From positions 12,986,937 through 13,050,936 of the forward strand of contig OZ316891.1 of NCBI GenBank assembly GCA_973895155.1: a stretch of 64,000 nt of DNA, written 5' to 3'. Shown piece after piece: positions 46,238-60,100 of the stretch (position 1 is its first letter; each line of letters opens with the position of its first letter). The notes under the pieces are model-generated. The model saw only the letters and a list, made by a program, of their open reading frames with translations. It did not search any database and was not told where the DNA came from. Origin of the DNA: Marsupella aquatica (lineage: Eukaryota > Plantae > Marchantiophyta). A program made the translations under genes and the position numbers.

Positions 46238-47682
46238 AGTGAAGGTATATCAGGGGAAGGTCAAACGGAGTCCCTTTTTCAAGCTTCAATGTCTGGGCCG
46301 ACACAGGACTTTAATCGATCCGCTACCGTCCCACCTGCCCAATCATGCTTTTCTGTCTTTTGCCAGCTTTGTGTACGCTGCTAATTCGAAGGCAACGGGC
46401 GAAGAATGGGTGTCGAAATAGCACATAAGCGCACAATAGAACGACGAGCCGGGAGTTAGACGAGCACAACCGCACCTCAAGTTCTTGAGCACGGAGTACA
46501 GTGTCGAAACCAAATGCCAGAACCACGGAACAGAACCGCAAGAACCGGGAGTTGGTTTATTCATGATGTTAGCCAGTACTTGTGGGAGCGGATACTGATT
46601 TGATCACGCACCGAGTACAAATTATGAAGCACTTGATTTGATCCGATTCCTCTCTTCCAGACTGCGAACGACAGCTATTTCTTCATAAGCCCACGCAACT
46701 CCTGCGATACAGGTCTTGTCGATTGGACATCTTTATGTACAGCAATGAAGAGTTGACAAATTACATCCTCGACCATCTTTTGTCTTGTTTCCTGTACGTC
46801 TGTTGTCTTCGATCGCCTCCTGTCTGATGATTGCGCATGTTCAGGCGGAAAATGGGATGCTGGTCTGATGATTGCATACGTTTGGGCGGAAAAACAGGAG
46901 ATACAAGATTGGCAAACGTCTCTTGCGATGAAGCAAGAGGGCTGGACTGACTGAAGATTACTCACAAGTCCGACAACTTTGAAATGTGGGAATTGACTCG
47001 TGACGCTGCCATTCATACGAGTGAATAAACATCACGTACATAGTACGTCGACAGAGATGAGACGGCAAACAAAATTTTCATATATTGAACTGGCAACCAG
47101 AAATGCAAAGTGGGAGTGCACGTCCAGTAAATCTAATGACGTCCTGCTAGTCTTAACTTCTAAACTGCGATTCCTTGCGACAAATTAACGCCTAAGCCTG
47201 CATGTACCGTAACTGAGGATTGAAACAAGTCCATGTTTCCAAGACATGGGCGGCGCTAGGCATGCTTATTTGGACAAGAGAGGTCACTCGATCGAATGTT
47301 CGATGGCTTTCGGTGATTTAGCTAGTCAGTAAGAGAACACTGACCACGCTGGTCTAATGCAATGTCTACTTTGACACGATTAGAACTCACCGTGCATACA
47401 ATGATCATCAGCCTACCTCATAATGAAACTCCCTGCCGCTACTACACTGCGTACTGATTCTCGACTCCGAACCAGATAGCAGTCGCTCCAAGGACGCATG
47501 CACACTATATACGTGCTCATGGTACTGGCTCTTGTAGCTGGACCGACAAACGCACGCTCCGAAGGGACTACGTGTCTGCAGATATCGATAGCCGTTTTAA
47601 CGATCATTGCAGTTGAGGCCATTCATGATAAAAATTTGATGGTCAATTAAGCCTGGATCACCAATTCCCCAATCATGCAACG

Positions 47683-50600
47683 CTACAATCCTCCATGTAC
47701 AAGTCCTGCCGGCTGAGTGCGGTCAATCCCGTTTAATTCGACACCGTTCGAAGCACCTTTCGTTGCACCTGTCATGGCGAAAGGTTTGGTGCCTTTGATC
47801 GGAGGACGCGCGGCCTGCATGAACGCACGCACGTTCCAAACAGCAGTCAGAATCAAATGACAGTTACTAGCCTAACTGCAAGTGAAAAGTTGATCGCCTT
47901 TCTCATAAACTTAGAACTCAGGATAAATCTCCGTACGACCGTGACGTCTGCAGGGGTCTCACGCCTCTAATGCACAATCAGACAATCTTGCGTGCAACTG
48001 CAATAAGACATCGTTTTCCTGGGTCAGATTTTTACCTCGATATCGATAGGTGCAGGATTGCGGCCGTAAATAGCGTGGAGTGCAAGCTGCGCTATTCCAA
48101 AGATTGCTCCGACTCCATTGGGGATCTGAATATCATATCATGACGTATTCTTTATTTCAGTAAAAGCGCACCCTTTCTAGAATGAAGGCTGATTATCAGT
48201 AGCAGATGCAGTTCATGACAGAAACCTCGTTCCTCTCGGTGCATTAGATTCTAGGTTAACTTGGCCGACAAACTGGTCACAATTTTGGGTGCCTATGTGA
48301 AGTTCAAAATATTCCAACTGCTAGTACTTTTTCAGGACTGAAGGTGCTTTTGCCGAGCAGATATAGAGAGGATATTTCCGTAGTTCCTTTTGCAAAGGGA
48401 TAAGTCAAGATAGATCTGTCCCACTTCACTGTGTTCAGTGAATCTCACTAAGTAACTACAGCAGTCCTATGCCTTTCTTGGAAATGACGCTTTGCAATCA
48501 AAAATGAAAATAAGCGAGTCTTTCAATTATTCTCACCATAATGAAAATGTCCTTTGAGAATACTCCGTAACCCGTCCAGACTGCACTGTTGAGGAAAATG
48601 AAGAGCGACAGAAAGAAGGGCATGAAGGCCACACTCTTGGTTTCAATCACCATTTTCTGTCCATACAGTTCATGTACATACGTTTGGATTTCAGTGACAA
48701 TCAGAGTGAAATGAAAGTTAAACGAAGCAAACTTTCACCGCTTCAACCAAAGAAGATAGGTCTAGTCGAGGTATCTTACCATGACAGAAAGGGGAGCAAC
48801 ATACATTGCTACGGTCACGACCACGCAAATCGATCCCACTTCCATCTTCCGCATACTTTGATGTTTAACGGCAAGAAGAGTGATGGTAGCTATCGTTATG
48901 AAGGTAAGCACGACTGCAGCCAGCAACCGGATGACCTTTTCCTGTAATCATAAAGCAGATTTGATTTCGAATGACATCGTCAGGCTATTGATTTAACTTG
49001 CTTCTACCATCTCGAACAGACCGCTCAAGCTTAGGTACGTGTGCAAGAAAAGAACACCCTTACATTACCTTCATCCCAGTGTCTCTACGAGGTTGAGTTC
49101 AAGTGCATAGTTCTAAGAACAGAGCCCATATATACGAGGCTGGAAGTTTACATTGACTATATTTATGTTCAATGTTAGAAAATTCGTCTAATCAGTCTCG
49201 TCTTTGCATGTAGTGATACCATCGCTCCGACCTCTAGAACGCTTAAAAAAGAATGTTACAGACAGTACTGGTTGCGTCGAACTTAGACTGGTAGCAGTCC
49301 GGTTCGTCCGTTCTCTCCTTTAAATCGACCAGAATTCGGATATATAATTAAGGACGTACATCAGTCTTGGAGAGCACGAATTACATATATTTCAATATTG
49401 TGCAAACTGTGTCGACAGTTAACTACTGTAGTAATAATATATATAGTCACTGTCTATATCGCAAGGGATCGTCTCATGAAAGCTGTAAAGGAGGTCAATA
49501 ATTTTCCAAGCAAGAGAAAGATAGGAAGGGAGTTGTTGTAGCGTACGTACCTTGTTCTTTCTGTCGGCATAGATCAAAAACAGAGTTATGAATATAATCT
49601 CGAACCCAACTCCTGCCCCGTTGATAGTGACAACTAGTATCCCGCCCTTGATCACCATCGGCATCCCATAGAGCACCCATAGAAGGCAATTGAATAGTGT
49701 CACGACGTATGGGAGTCCGGAGAAATTCTGCGTCGACTTGTTCTTGACGATTTTCCAGAACGTGGGGCTGCGGAACGATACGATGGTTATCGATACGTTA
49801 GCTACCTTTCTCTCAAACTTCGTTTCTAGGGAATAGAAATTGACAAGCTCGCGCCTAAGCTTTGCAAACTAGAACGACGCGACGGCCCTGAAAGCCATCC
49901 TTGTTTACAGGCTCCTGGAATCGGCTCCCAGTAGAGTTGTTCGACAATGTGATCTGCCAAGCGAGCTGGTGAAAATACAGTACGCGGGTGTCGTTGAACT
50001 GACGGTTCAATACTTCGAGCTGTCGATGTGGCGCTGCCAGTCAGTTACGAGTACGTAGCCAGTAGGAGGCGATAGTGACTGAGGTAGTTTTGTCTGATAT
50101 CATGGACTCGTGAGTATGACGTAGAACGGTTTTTGTTCTTGGTAAAGAAACGTGGTACAGCCTTACGCACGCCAAGATTGCCAAAGCTGTGAAGTGAACG
50201 TTCACCACCAACCGATCATTGAAGAGACGTGGAACAAAAGAGCGGGGGTTGTCTCTCCAGCTCGAAAAGAGCTTGAACACGAGGCGTGAAATAAGCCCCG
50301 CTCAATTATTCGCAACTCCAGAACCCGTCCAGTCACGAAGAAATGATCGAGAGGGATCTTCTCGGGGATCTTCTCCATCGAGAATAGGTCCACAAGCGCT
50401 TGAAGGAGGTCCCCGTCCATGCACGGCAGACATCAATTGAAAAGATGGGATGTTCTCGACTCCACGATCTATTAAATGAGTCTACGGTCAATTTATCATT
50501 CAATTGGATATCTCTGGAAAACTTACTAACCCTCCTGGTTGTTCTTCAAAACAGTACCCGTAGAACTTCTGGAAGGAACTTCGATGGACGGTAGACAGAC

Positions 50601-51395
50601 GAGAGGAAATGCATCCGCGCATGAATTATGGACTGTCTCTGGAAAACGTCCGAGGCTCGCGACCTTACTTTGAGACAATCACAGATGGAACATCGTAAGC
50701 CCAAGCTATCGGAACAGCATTATATATCGTAGAAAGCATCCGTGATCTTAGGTTAGCCGAACATATTTTTGACTTGTCTTTATGTTTCAATTCAATCTAG
50801 CATTACCAGTTGATCCGACCGACGTTCTGAACTTGAAACATCTCTGAATATCCATAATAGCTTGGCAGGAAACAAGATATGTAAAAGTTACGCGGGGCTT
50901 CAAGGCGAGTAGCTTGCCATACTTCTTCAAGAGAGTCTAGACTTGTGACAAAGAAAACCTGAATACTGAGGAATCCCACGTGCTCATTGTGTACTCGCTC
51001 GGCGGTTCCTAGAAAAACAATTACTTCTACTACCACGTACAGTGTGCAACTTTTTTGTTAGGAGGAGAATCCATGAGTTTAGATAGGATTTGGGACTCAC
51101 GTAGGGGATAAAAACATAAGCACAGAGATGCAGTTCCCTGCACAAGCTCAAACGACATTACATCGATTCAGTTTCGGCGCGCGCAAACCATCCTTTGAAA
51201 GAACTTGCAGTAGTTACATGCATGTTTCAATTTAGAAATGACAATATCGAAAGGAACAATATGTCGAGCTACTCAATAATTAAAATCTCCAGCCGAGCCT
51301 GTCTTTATTCTATAAAGAGAGTTATAATAACATTAGTGTGTATCGAGAAGAAGTTCCTTACCCACAATCCCGAGTATCAATTTGGCGTTCACCAT
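47683..51395 (-). CDS. SWEET: SWEET (MtN3/saliva) sugar transporter, ~263 aa
   Basis: Exons 51395-51362, 51137-51101, 49767-49551, 48941-48780, 48656-48537, 48125-48036 and 47814-47683. The internal sizes 37/217/162/120 nt are typical of SWEET genes. Motifs GIVGN..S..MFLSPTPTFWKIVKNKST.NFSGLPY..TLFNCLLW.LYG, TING.G, MYVAPLSVM..VI.TKSV.FMPF.LS and PNGVG...G.AQL. The last exon is inferred. Confidence 0.93.
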
Positions 51396-52754
51396 TGTTC
51401 CTCCTTTTTGAGTGTGGTTGCTGAAGTCGGAAAGTCCCGCGTCAAAATTTGGCTTCTGAGGCCGATGAAACGTAAACCGCACCAGAGTTCAAGGTGGCTG
51501 GATGAACCACCAGGAATGAAACAGTCTTGATTACATATGCGACAAATCACAAGTCACAAATCACCGGAACATAAAACGATCATCGATCACCCTTCGAGTC
51601 AAGTCGACGTGAACATCGATGTTCTTCCACCCTAGGACAAAGCTCTCGTGAATTCTTACTCTGAAGAACCGGCTTTGAGTGGGCTCGCTCGAAATATGAA
51701 CAAGAAAGGAGCGCGCGCGTTCGAGGCACTCTGACCGTATTTAAGGATTTGAACAGACTGAATATACCAGTCTCAGCATCCAATCGCACTACTACTAACA
51801 AACACAGATAGCCCAAACTGCCACTGCCCCAATAATACTAGACGACCTGGTAGGGAGATAGGTGCTCGAGTAATCGGAAATGCTCGGGTGCATGATAGCC
51901 TGGCCGAATGTCGTCGCCCGCTACATATATACTACTACAGAATAGGAGAGCTCCCCGGACTTCGCGAGAGAGTCGGCCAGATGGCCGGGTATTATTCGAG
52001 GACCGTACGACAGAGAGATGGGAGCGTTTAATGTGACGGAATGGCTACCACTTCTTACTCGACGTAGTAGGGACCCATGCCTGACAGAGGAGGAGGATAA
52101 ATGTGACACTCCCATCACATGGAGCCCTGCTGGTAATCACACATCAAAATGTGGCTGCATTCATTGATTGAAAGGAAAAAACTAGCATTATCACTGTATG
52201 CAGGGGTGTCGTACATAGTATATGTCATACCACATGGAGTATGGGTCACACGATCGCGACGGGAGCTTCGATCGGATCGGAGCCGACAGGAGGGGAATGA
52301 TGAACTTGCAGTTTGCTTGGCCTCAACCCAACTCATGAGTCCGAGCGAGTTACTACAGTTCAGTTCTTTTTAGTGTTCCAACTGATGACGCTTTCCCGAG
52401 AACCTGTGATACCACCCTCCGGTCGGTAGAGGCGAGGCAAGGCGAGGCGAGTATAATTAGTTCCGGGAAGGGGAGGATTCATTATCAGTATTCGAAACGA
52501 AGATTGGGAAGATCTAGCAGTCTGCTAAAAGCATGACTCTCGACCCGCATGACTAGCAACGTCCGACCAGTTGCGTTGAGGCGCACAATCTCATGTGTTG
52601 GAGGCTTGGCCACACACTTTCCCAACCAACTTGATGTACATGTGAATCGAACACTCCCAGGTTTTTTGGATTGGCCCGGCCGTACAGTACCTAGAAGGTT
52701 GGTCATAGATTATTCATGAGCTGGGGGGGCGGCCCTTGAGTATGTTGGTGACCA

Positions 52755-52785
52755 GAAGAGAAGAGAAGAGAAGAGAAGAGAAGAG
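52755..52785. repeat. (AGAAG)6 microsatellite
   Basis: Seen directly. Confidence 0.9.
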
Positions 52786-54377
52786 CCATGGATCGCGGTA
52801 ACATCTAATCACGTACATGATTTAGTAGGACTCCTAATTGACAAAACTGAGTTAGCTGGCTATGGCTCTGCAACACCACCTTCCTAGAATCCTTCCCTAT
52901 GATTAGCCAGAACCAAATCCCTGGCTTGGCGGAACTCTTGTGATTCTGGCTTGAATTGATTTTCTGCTTTTGCCCCGTCTTGGGGTTTCAAACTCTCCTT
53001 GTCGTTCCGTGGTAAACTATTGTAGACAGCGACGCTCTCCTTCTTGTTATCAGAACTCAAACGGGACAATACCAGGGAAAGATTATCTTCTAAATTGGAT
53101 TTCAAAGTTACCCTTGCTGACATCCGGCCATGTACGGTAGGGGCTTCCCAGGTGCCGGCCCTAATTAAAGCCAATATAGTCGGTAGCTAAGTGATGTCTG
53201 GAAGGTAGAGCAGCTTAAAGCTGGCCGCCTGAAGTAGCATCATGGCTGTCACGGCCATCACGCAGGCGCGACATCATGATCGAGCAGTACAATCTCCCAA
53301 GGCAAACGTCCTACCTGATCAAAGTTGGATAACGCAACTTGAGAATTGGACGGGATAGCATTGAAAGCTTTCTGGCTACAGTCAGTTTCGAGTTTTGAGT
53401 TGACGTAAGAGATGTCTTCCAGATAAGAGGAAGTCACATCAGCTCGTCAACACGGAATCAGATTAATTCCATTCAATAGTTTCTAGCACTGAGATATGTG
53501 TACAGTTTGCCTGAGTGGGGCACGAAAATTGGCTTCAGGATCGATCGACGTGATGGTTCACTAGTTAAATGCTGCGATTGTTTGAAAGGGGACCACCTCG
53601 CGAGCAAGGACAATATTTGGTAGGGCCTGCCCCTTATTAGGAAATAGCTAGGACGCAGAATATATACAAAGGTGATAATATCTGAAGCATAACTATATCG
53701 CATCAGTACATACGGCTGATAGTTAATATGGATCTGTATCAATGTCATTTCTTTGATTAATGAACTCTCTCGGGATACATTGACTTCGTACAATGCCATA
53801 GACATCCGGTTTTCGAGTACTTATCCAGTGAAACACCGCATGGAGGCAAAATTCACTCCGCTCGATCCGTTCGACAGCGAAGTGTCCGGTTTCGAACGAG
53901 CGGTGCAAACTATCTTCTTCAAAGCTGGTTTAGATTGGGGACTATACAACTGTTGCATGATCCAAAAGTTCAGGGGCCCTTAGCGTAAAGCAAACAGTCC
54001 AGAACATACACGTGCACACTTCAAGGTCGCAAGCCAGGGGGCATAAGAATCTAATCCACAGTATGGATTGAAATTCATCAATGGATTATCTTATCGAGCA
54101 GAAATGTGACAAGGAGTGCCTACGTCTCCGGAGTGTGCATGAAAGCATGACTTTTTGAGAAAATTGTTACGAGTGGTTGGTCACGTACCGGGATAGATGT
54201 CACCGAAGATGAAGGTTTCCGCTGGAAATTTGCTAAGATGTCGTCCTTGCACCCGATTGTTTGAATACAGAAACATATGAGTTTTTCATTGTCTGCGAAG
54301 GTTCGATGTTGACACAATTCCAAGGTCCAGAAGGATGCTGATTTTGACTTGACTGTGCGACCCCTGTCTGATTTTCC

Positions 54378-54504
54378 TGGTGCCAGGAAGCGGATGACAC
54401 TGGCAAGCACTGAAGACTTATCTAGAGAAGTGCGGGGAGAAGTGGTGCCAGGAAGCCGATGACACTGGCAAGCACTGAAGACTTATCTAGAGAACAGGGG
54501 AGAA
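54378..54504. repeat. 65-bp tandem duplication
   Basis: TGGTGCCAGGAAGC.GATGACACTGGCAAGCACTGAAGACTTATCTAGAGAA at 54378 and 54443. Confidence 0.92.
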
Positions 54505-56289
54505 CACTGGCGGTATAGTGGCGGTTTCTACCGTACCGGTTCTTAAACTGCCGGTTCACATTCTCATTCTATGAAGAAGAGTGTTAAGGCCGGTAGAATA
54601 ATTAATTAATGCTCCTTCTGATTCTGCCGATTCATATTCAGTCGGTTCTCATTCTGCGTTTGATATGCCTGAGACCTTGATAGTTTGATGAGTGTCCGTT
54701 CTTCTCTTGAGTGTGCTGATTCGGCGCGATTACCCGTGCACAACTTGTGGCCTGAATTTATGCCTTTAGTCCATGGAGCTTCCATTCATTTTCGTACGCT
54801 CGATTGAGAAAGACAAGAAGCACATAAGAAACACTGTAACTTAGTCATTGTTTCAAGGTCTATTAAGATCTTAAGATCAATGCATTAATTTCATCCACTT
54901 CTTAGGTCTTCCATCGCTACTTCTACATCTCGCACATCTTCTCGAGAGCTTCAATGTCAGAGATATATGTGTAGGCTTATAAAGAACGAAATTCAAAAGT
55001 GCCTGAACGTACCCTTATCGCTCACAAATGACGTACAAGCCGCAACCATCGTCTAAGAGAAACTCCCAAACCCTTGGTCAAGCTAAAACTAGACATCTTC
55101 AGACCAATGATCGATCATCTAGTTCAATATAACAATCGACGAAATTGGCTCAGTCTATATCTCATCCTTAATCTCTCGATCAGTACAGCTGGTTCGACAC
55201 AATGCCAAGAACTTGGCAAATCCTTACATATGTGCCAGTACTGTACTGTGCCTAACAACCAACCGTATCATAGAAGGACTGAAAGGAACTCTCGTACTCC
55301 CCACCGTCCGCTAGCTTCCCCACGCCCCGACCAGTGTCCGAAAGCACCCGAGTGAGAGCTCCGTTCCGACCGATGAAGTACGCACTCCGCCCTTCCCCTT
55401 ACCCTATTTTCCCCACACTCACCATGATCGTAACAACAACGCATTCAGTCTCGATCACGCTCCTCTGAACAACATTCGAGTTGCTGTGTCATAAGACTAG
55501 TCCGTGCATTTGACAACCTGCGAACGTCCCATGCTAGCATTTTCGTTAACAGTAACTTTTCCGTTGAAATCGCTACTATTTTGACTCGCCAGTTCCACAT
55601 GCGACTCGATCAGGTTCTTCAGCTTGAAGCAGGTTCTTCAGCTTGAAGTGTCGAGGGCACGAGTAGGGCGCAGACATCCTTTTCAGCTCATCCGGGATCG
55701 ATGTCGTTGGCAGCCGCAGAAAGAACTCATCGCCTTTTCATGGCTTTCGAGCAAGCGACCATCGACACAGTGAGGGTCGGCAGGGAAGAAATTACGATGT
55801 ATCAATTAAGGAAGCTTGTTCCTGAAAGATACCTATTGCAATTGAATTATATATCACACTGCACAATGCACAAAGGCAGAACCGGGAGACATGATCCCAA
55901 AACAACCCGGGGTGGAAAAGAGAGGCCCCAAGAAAAACAATTGAATTGGGGGAAACTATTTTGGGGGAACTATTTTACCGATGATCTCTCACTGTGCACC
56001 CTAGTGTGCTTGGCCCCTCACAGGACATCCATATTTAGTTAAAACACTACTAGATGTGAACCATTAGCTCTTGACACATTTGCTTCACTTGCAAAACATT
56101 ACCATTATTTAAAGTCCTCTTGACACATTTGTTTTACTTATGGAAAATAAAAATTTACCAATGGTTGACTCTTGACACATTTGTTTTAGTTATCAAAAAT
56201 TGGATATCATACTGGTGAAGCTATAGCTCTTTGTTCACTTTTTTTCTTCAGCTTCTTCTTCCTTGGTTTTTGAAGTTCATTGCAAATGA

Positions 56290-57140
56290 TCTTTTATGCC
56301 TTTTTCTCTGTCTAAAATGGACACAATGTCTGTCTTGCTCAAGTTTGGAATGGCATCTCGTATCAATTCTAGAAAAACATCAAGTTCTCTTCATTTTCTG
56401 ATGGCACCCAACAGTAAGCAAGTATAATGACAGTGTTGTTGACATCCAAAGTAAAACTCCGGGATACATACATACACCCCCGCAAACACCATGTGTGGGT
56501 GTCATCCACGGGGCCGTCCAAGGCCATCATGGGTCTGCAGTGATGATATACTTCCTTGGAAGTGGAAAGGCCAACAAATAACATATCCAACCGACCACCA
56601 ACAGCCCTGTACTTAGCAAATGGCCCTGGGTCACGCTCAAGAATATGGTGGCAATGGGCAAGGATGAACTTAAAGGACTTTGTCTGGTCTCCATCTACAT
56701 GTTAAAAATGTAGTTGCTTGACAGCACATGCAGTGTGCTATGTTATATCTAGATGGACTAGAGACTTAGCTGAATCCCGCAAGAATGATGATCTGGTCTG
56801 ACAATTCTTACCAATGATGACCAATATGCGGTCAGCAACCCTATCCTAATTAGAATGCATCCACCGATGGTAGTGATCTGCAGCTTCACAAGAGTGCTCT
56901 AGGTTTGCTACTGTTATGATTATAGTTTCAGTTCTGGATTTCTTTGTTGCCCCAAGTCTCCAGGGACATTGCCTTTCATGGCTCTCATCATTAATTCGAC
57001 ATCTTACCTTCCACTTCATATAGTTCTTCTTTTGGGTGACAAGGACTCTCTCAGTTTTCACTCCCTCATACACAAGGACTTTCTTGAAGTACTCCCAATG
57101 CAACTCTGAAATGTGTTCCCCAGCTTGCTGTGGATCCATA
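56290..57140 (-). mobile_element. Degenerate Mutator (MuDRA-like) transposase fragment
   Basis: N-terminal zinc-finger-like ..VRC........CPWRLGA.........I......EHSC, then GD..KSF, LFVGL.......HCRPMMALDG, LDVNN.VIILAY..VPSENEEN..FF and DREKGI. This is a MULE DDE core with stops and frameshifts. Confidence 0.85.
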
Positions 57141-60100
57141 TAGAGTGCCTACAAGTCACAAATTCACTATCAATTCCCATTTGCTATCATGATCAAGAGC
57201 TGAAATTGAAATCATTTCATACTGCTCCCGATAGTGCTTCACAATAGGTTCACAAGTAAAAATTGAGCGAAAATGCAGTTTAATTTGAAAATCACTTGCA
57301 GGCCGGATTGGTATCAGAACACCAGCAGAGCAGTACTGGAGTTTCCACTAGCACAATGTGTTCAGCGTGTCCTCTCACCCTCACAATTGTCTCCACGAAA
57401 TTGGATTGCTCTTGCAGGCAGAAGTCAATTTTTTTTAAACGTTCTCCACGAAGATCGTTGCCTCTAGGCCAGCGGTCGATCGTGGCATGCACTGCAGAAG
57501 GGTTCAAAGCCAACCTCACGCAGCGGACAATGGCACCATAAATTTAAATGCACAGGCAAATGTGTAGCCATTTGCGAGCATTCTTGTGTACATGAACGCG
57601 TCGTTTTGTTTGCAGAAACCAAAAAAAAATTGTGTGCACACAGCCCGGCACACAGGGCTGCGTTTTCATGAGTACAACGCAGGGGGCAAAACAAACGTTG
57701 GTCTTTCGTGAGGGGACGAACGTCGGGCTCCGTGAGGGTCGGTCTTCCTTGGGCCAAAGAGGGGAAACACATAGACCCAGCAGTGGACGATGGTGCTCCC
57801 GGGTCCTATACAATGGCCCGTGATGGGGCAGGGGAGGGGGGAAGGGCCATCCGGCCTGGTTAGCGACCTCCAGTCAGACACGACATGTGGTAGCGGGAAC
57901 CCTACCGTGGGTTAAAGTTATCCCATATACAAAAAGGGGGGCAGGAAATTCGGGTAGTTAGGGGGACAGGTTACTAACAACCTGTTATGTCCTGAGTAAT
58001 GCTGTTTGCCAAAGTAGCCTCTCTAACCAATGATGCATCTTCTCAGACATGGGAGTCCGTGGCTAGGAAAGAATAGATCATCTGAGATGGAAAGAGTACC
58101 ATTTAGGTCAGACAACCAGAGTCTCAATGGAGTAACTAAGGAAGGTGGCAAATTTGGTCCAAAAAATCTGTTTTCTTTCCATGCTATTGTGAAAATATGG
58201 CATACTAGGTAGCCAGGAAAACTTTGCTGAGTGGAGGCCCAGACTTCAGCCTCGTCCATAGGGGGTCCTGGTTTCAAAAAAGGTTTACTGGGGCTCAACT
58301 ACAATTTAGCAGTATATGTTCTTCTACAAGTCATTTTATCCTGTAAATTCCGTGTTCATTTGGTAGAAGAGCAAGCATGGTCTGGAAAATTAGCTGGGGC
58401 TGTGATTGAGTGTTTTGAATGTATGCATTCCTTACTGATTCCTTTTTCCTTTCCAGTGAACTGCAAACACCTCTCATTCATGGCATGGACTTGCCCTCAT
58501 GCAAATGCTCAGGTTGTTGACCAGGTCAGACTCGGCTCCGACCTCGACTACCACATCATCTCAAACCACACATGCCCTTCAAAAGCTACATGTTACCCGT
58601 AGCTACCATTAAAAGTAACTTTTCCTGACATTGTGGAGTAAACTGGCACGCTAGAGGAGAAAAGTGAGTGGAATGTGGACAAAAGGCCTGGGATCAAGTT
58701 GGCAAGCTCAGCTCTTCAGCACTCAGAACCCTAAACCTCACTGCAGTTCTATCAGCTCATCATGCTCAGGTCCCAGCTTGTCCCTCCTCAAGCAATGCTC
58801 CTCAACAAAGTACTCAATGCTTGCATTTAAGGTGAACCCGGACCCAACCTTGACTCCTCACAAATCAGCTGTGCACACCTACTACATATCCTTACTTTGT
58901 CATGGTTTGAAAAAGAACAGATGACTGTGGTTTTACTGTGTTGACCCCAGTAACCAATTTTTGGAAACCAAGGCCACTCTAAAACACCATTATCCCAGAA
59001 GCCAAAACATGGTGGATCTAGGTCACCATAATAGTCAAAAAATGTTTGTACCAGAGTAAAAAATTACTAAATTGGACTTCCACAGGGCTTCAAGTACACT
59101 GCACTGTTCACCATAGTTAGTGTTAGGGGTTACTAGCACTAATTCAAGAGCTTACAGTTTTGGGCTCTACCTATTAAATAATACTCATTCTGTTATAATA
59201 CTACTTTTGTGCACATGAATTTCTGTTACTTTGGTGTCAAGAGTGTGAACATAGTGGGAAAAAAACCACTCTGAAAAATCCACAACAAGTAGCCCTCACT
59301 TTGGACTCAGTATCACCCATTTCTTACTAGCACTTTTAAACAAAAGTTGGAAAAGTTTATTTTGGAAAAGTGGCAAGAATCAGTCAGTGATGCTTTGGAC
59401 TTAAGATCACTTTCACCAAAATTAAGTAACGCTAATTTGGTAGTAGCTAATTCTTACGTAGTGTAGCTTTTTAAGATAGGTTTGACGATGGCCCCACCCA
59501 GCAAATTTCTCAGGAGGCCAGAGCAAATTTCTCAGGAGGCCAGCCCAAATGTTCGGTAAGAAATTGGTGAAGACAAAACAGGGGCTTTGATGAAGCTGTG
59601 TATTGCATTTTAATGGGTTGGCTCCCCCTTCTATACGAATTATTTGTGTAGGCTTCGAAATCTGAACTTCAAAAATTGTAGCTCTGCTTCCATCTCTGTC
59701 GCATTTCATTTCAACATTTTGGAGCCAAAGTGACTCCGACAGGTCATCTACTTGAAATCTGGAGACCTAGAATGTCTCGTGAACCAGAAATGCAAAGTTG
59801 GTGTCGTGGACGCAGAAGCACTATGCTCTCACGGCAGTGCTACAAACTCTACAAACTACCCTGCAATGTAATGGTCAGCTCTAGTGTAGGTCGTGCTCGA
59901 TATATTGCCCTCCCGTGCCATTGCTTGCTTGTTTGGATTTCCGGTTCACATCTTTGTTTCATTGGGAGTGGCTCTGCAACGTTCTCCATGAGTGAAACAT
60001 TCTTCTGGTCATGTGTGGAAACAGAGCAAATAACGAGCAATAATCGCATAGCACATTCTTACGTCATCCTGTCACGAAGTTTACCACATAGGCATCAGCG

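Noticed and set aside
3-51395. Functional cluster of ABA, auxin and sugar genes (ABI5, YUC, SWEET, UXS)
   Set aside because: Unrelated pathways in mixed orientations separated by TEs; nothing suggests more than an ordinary gene neighbourhood.
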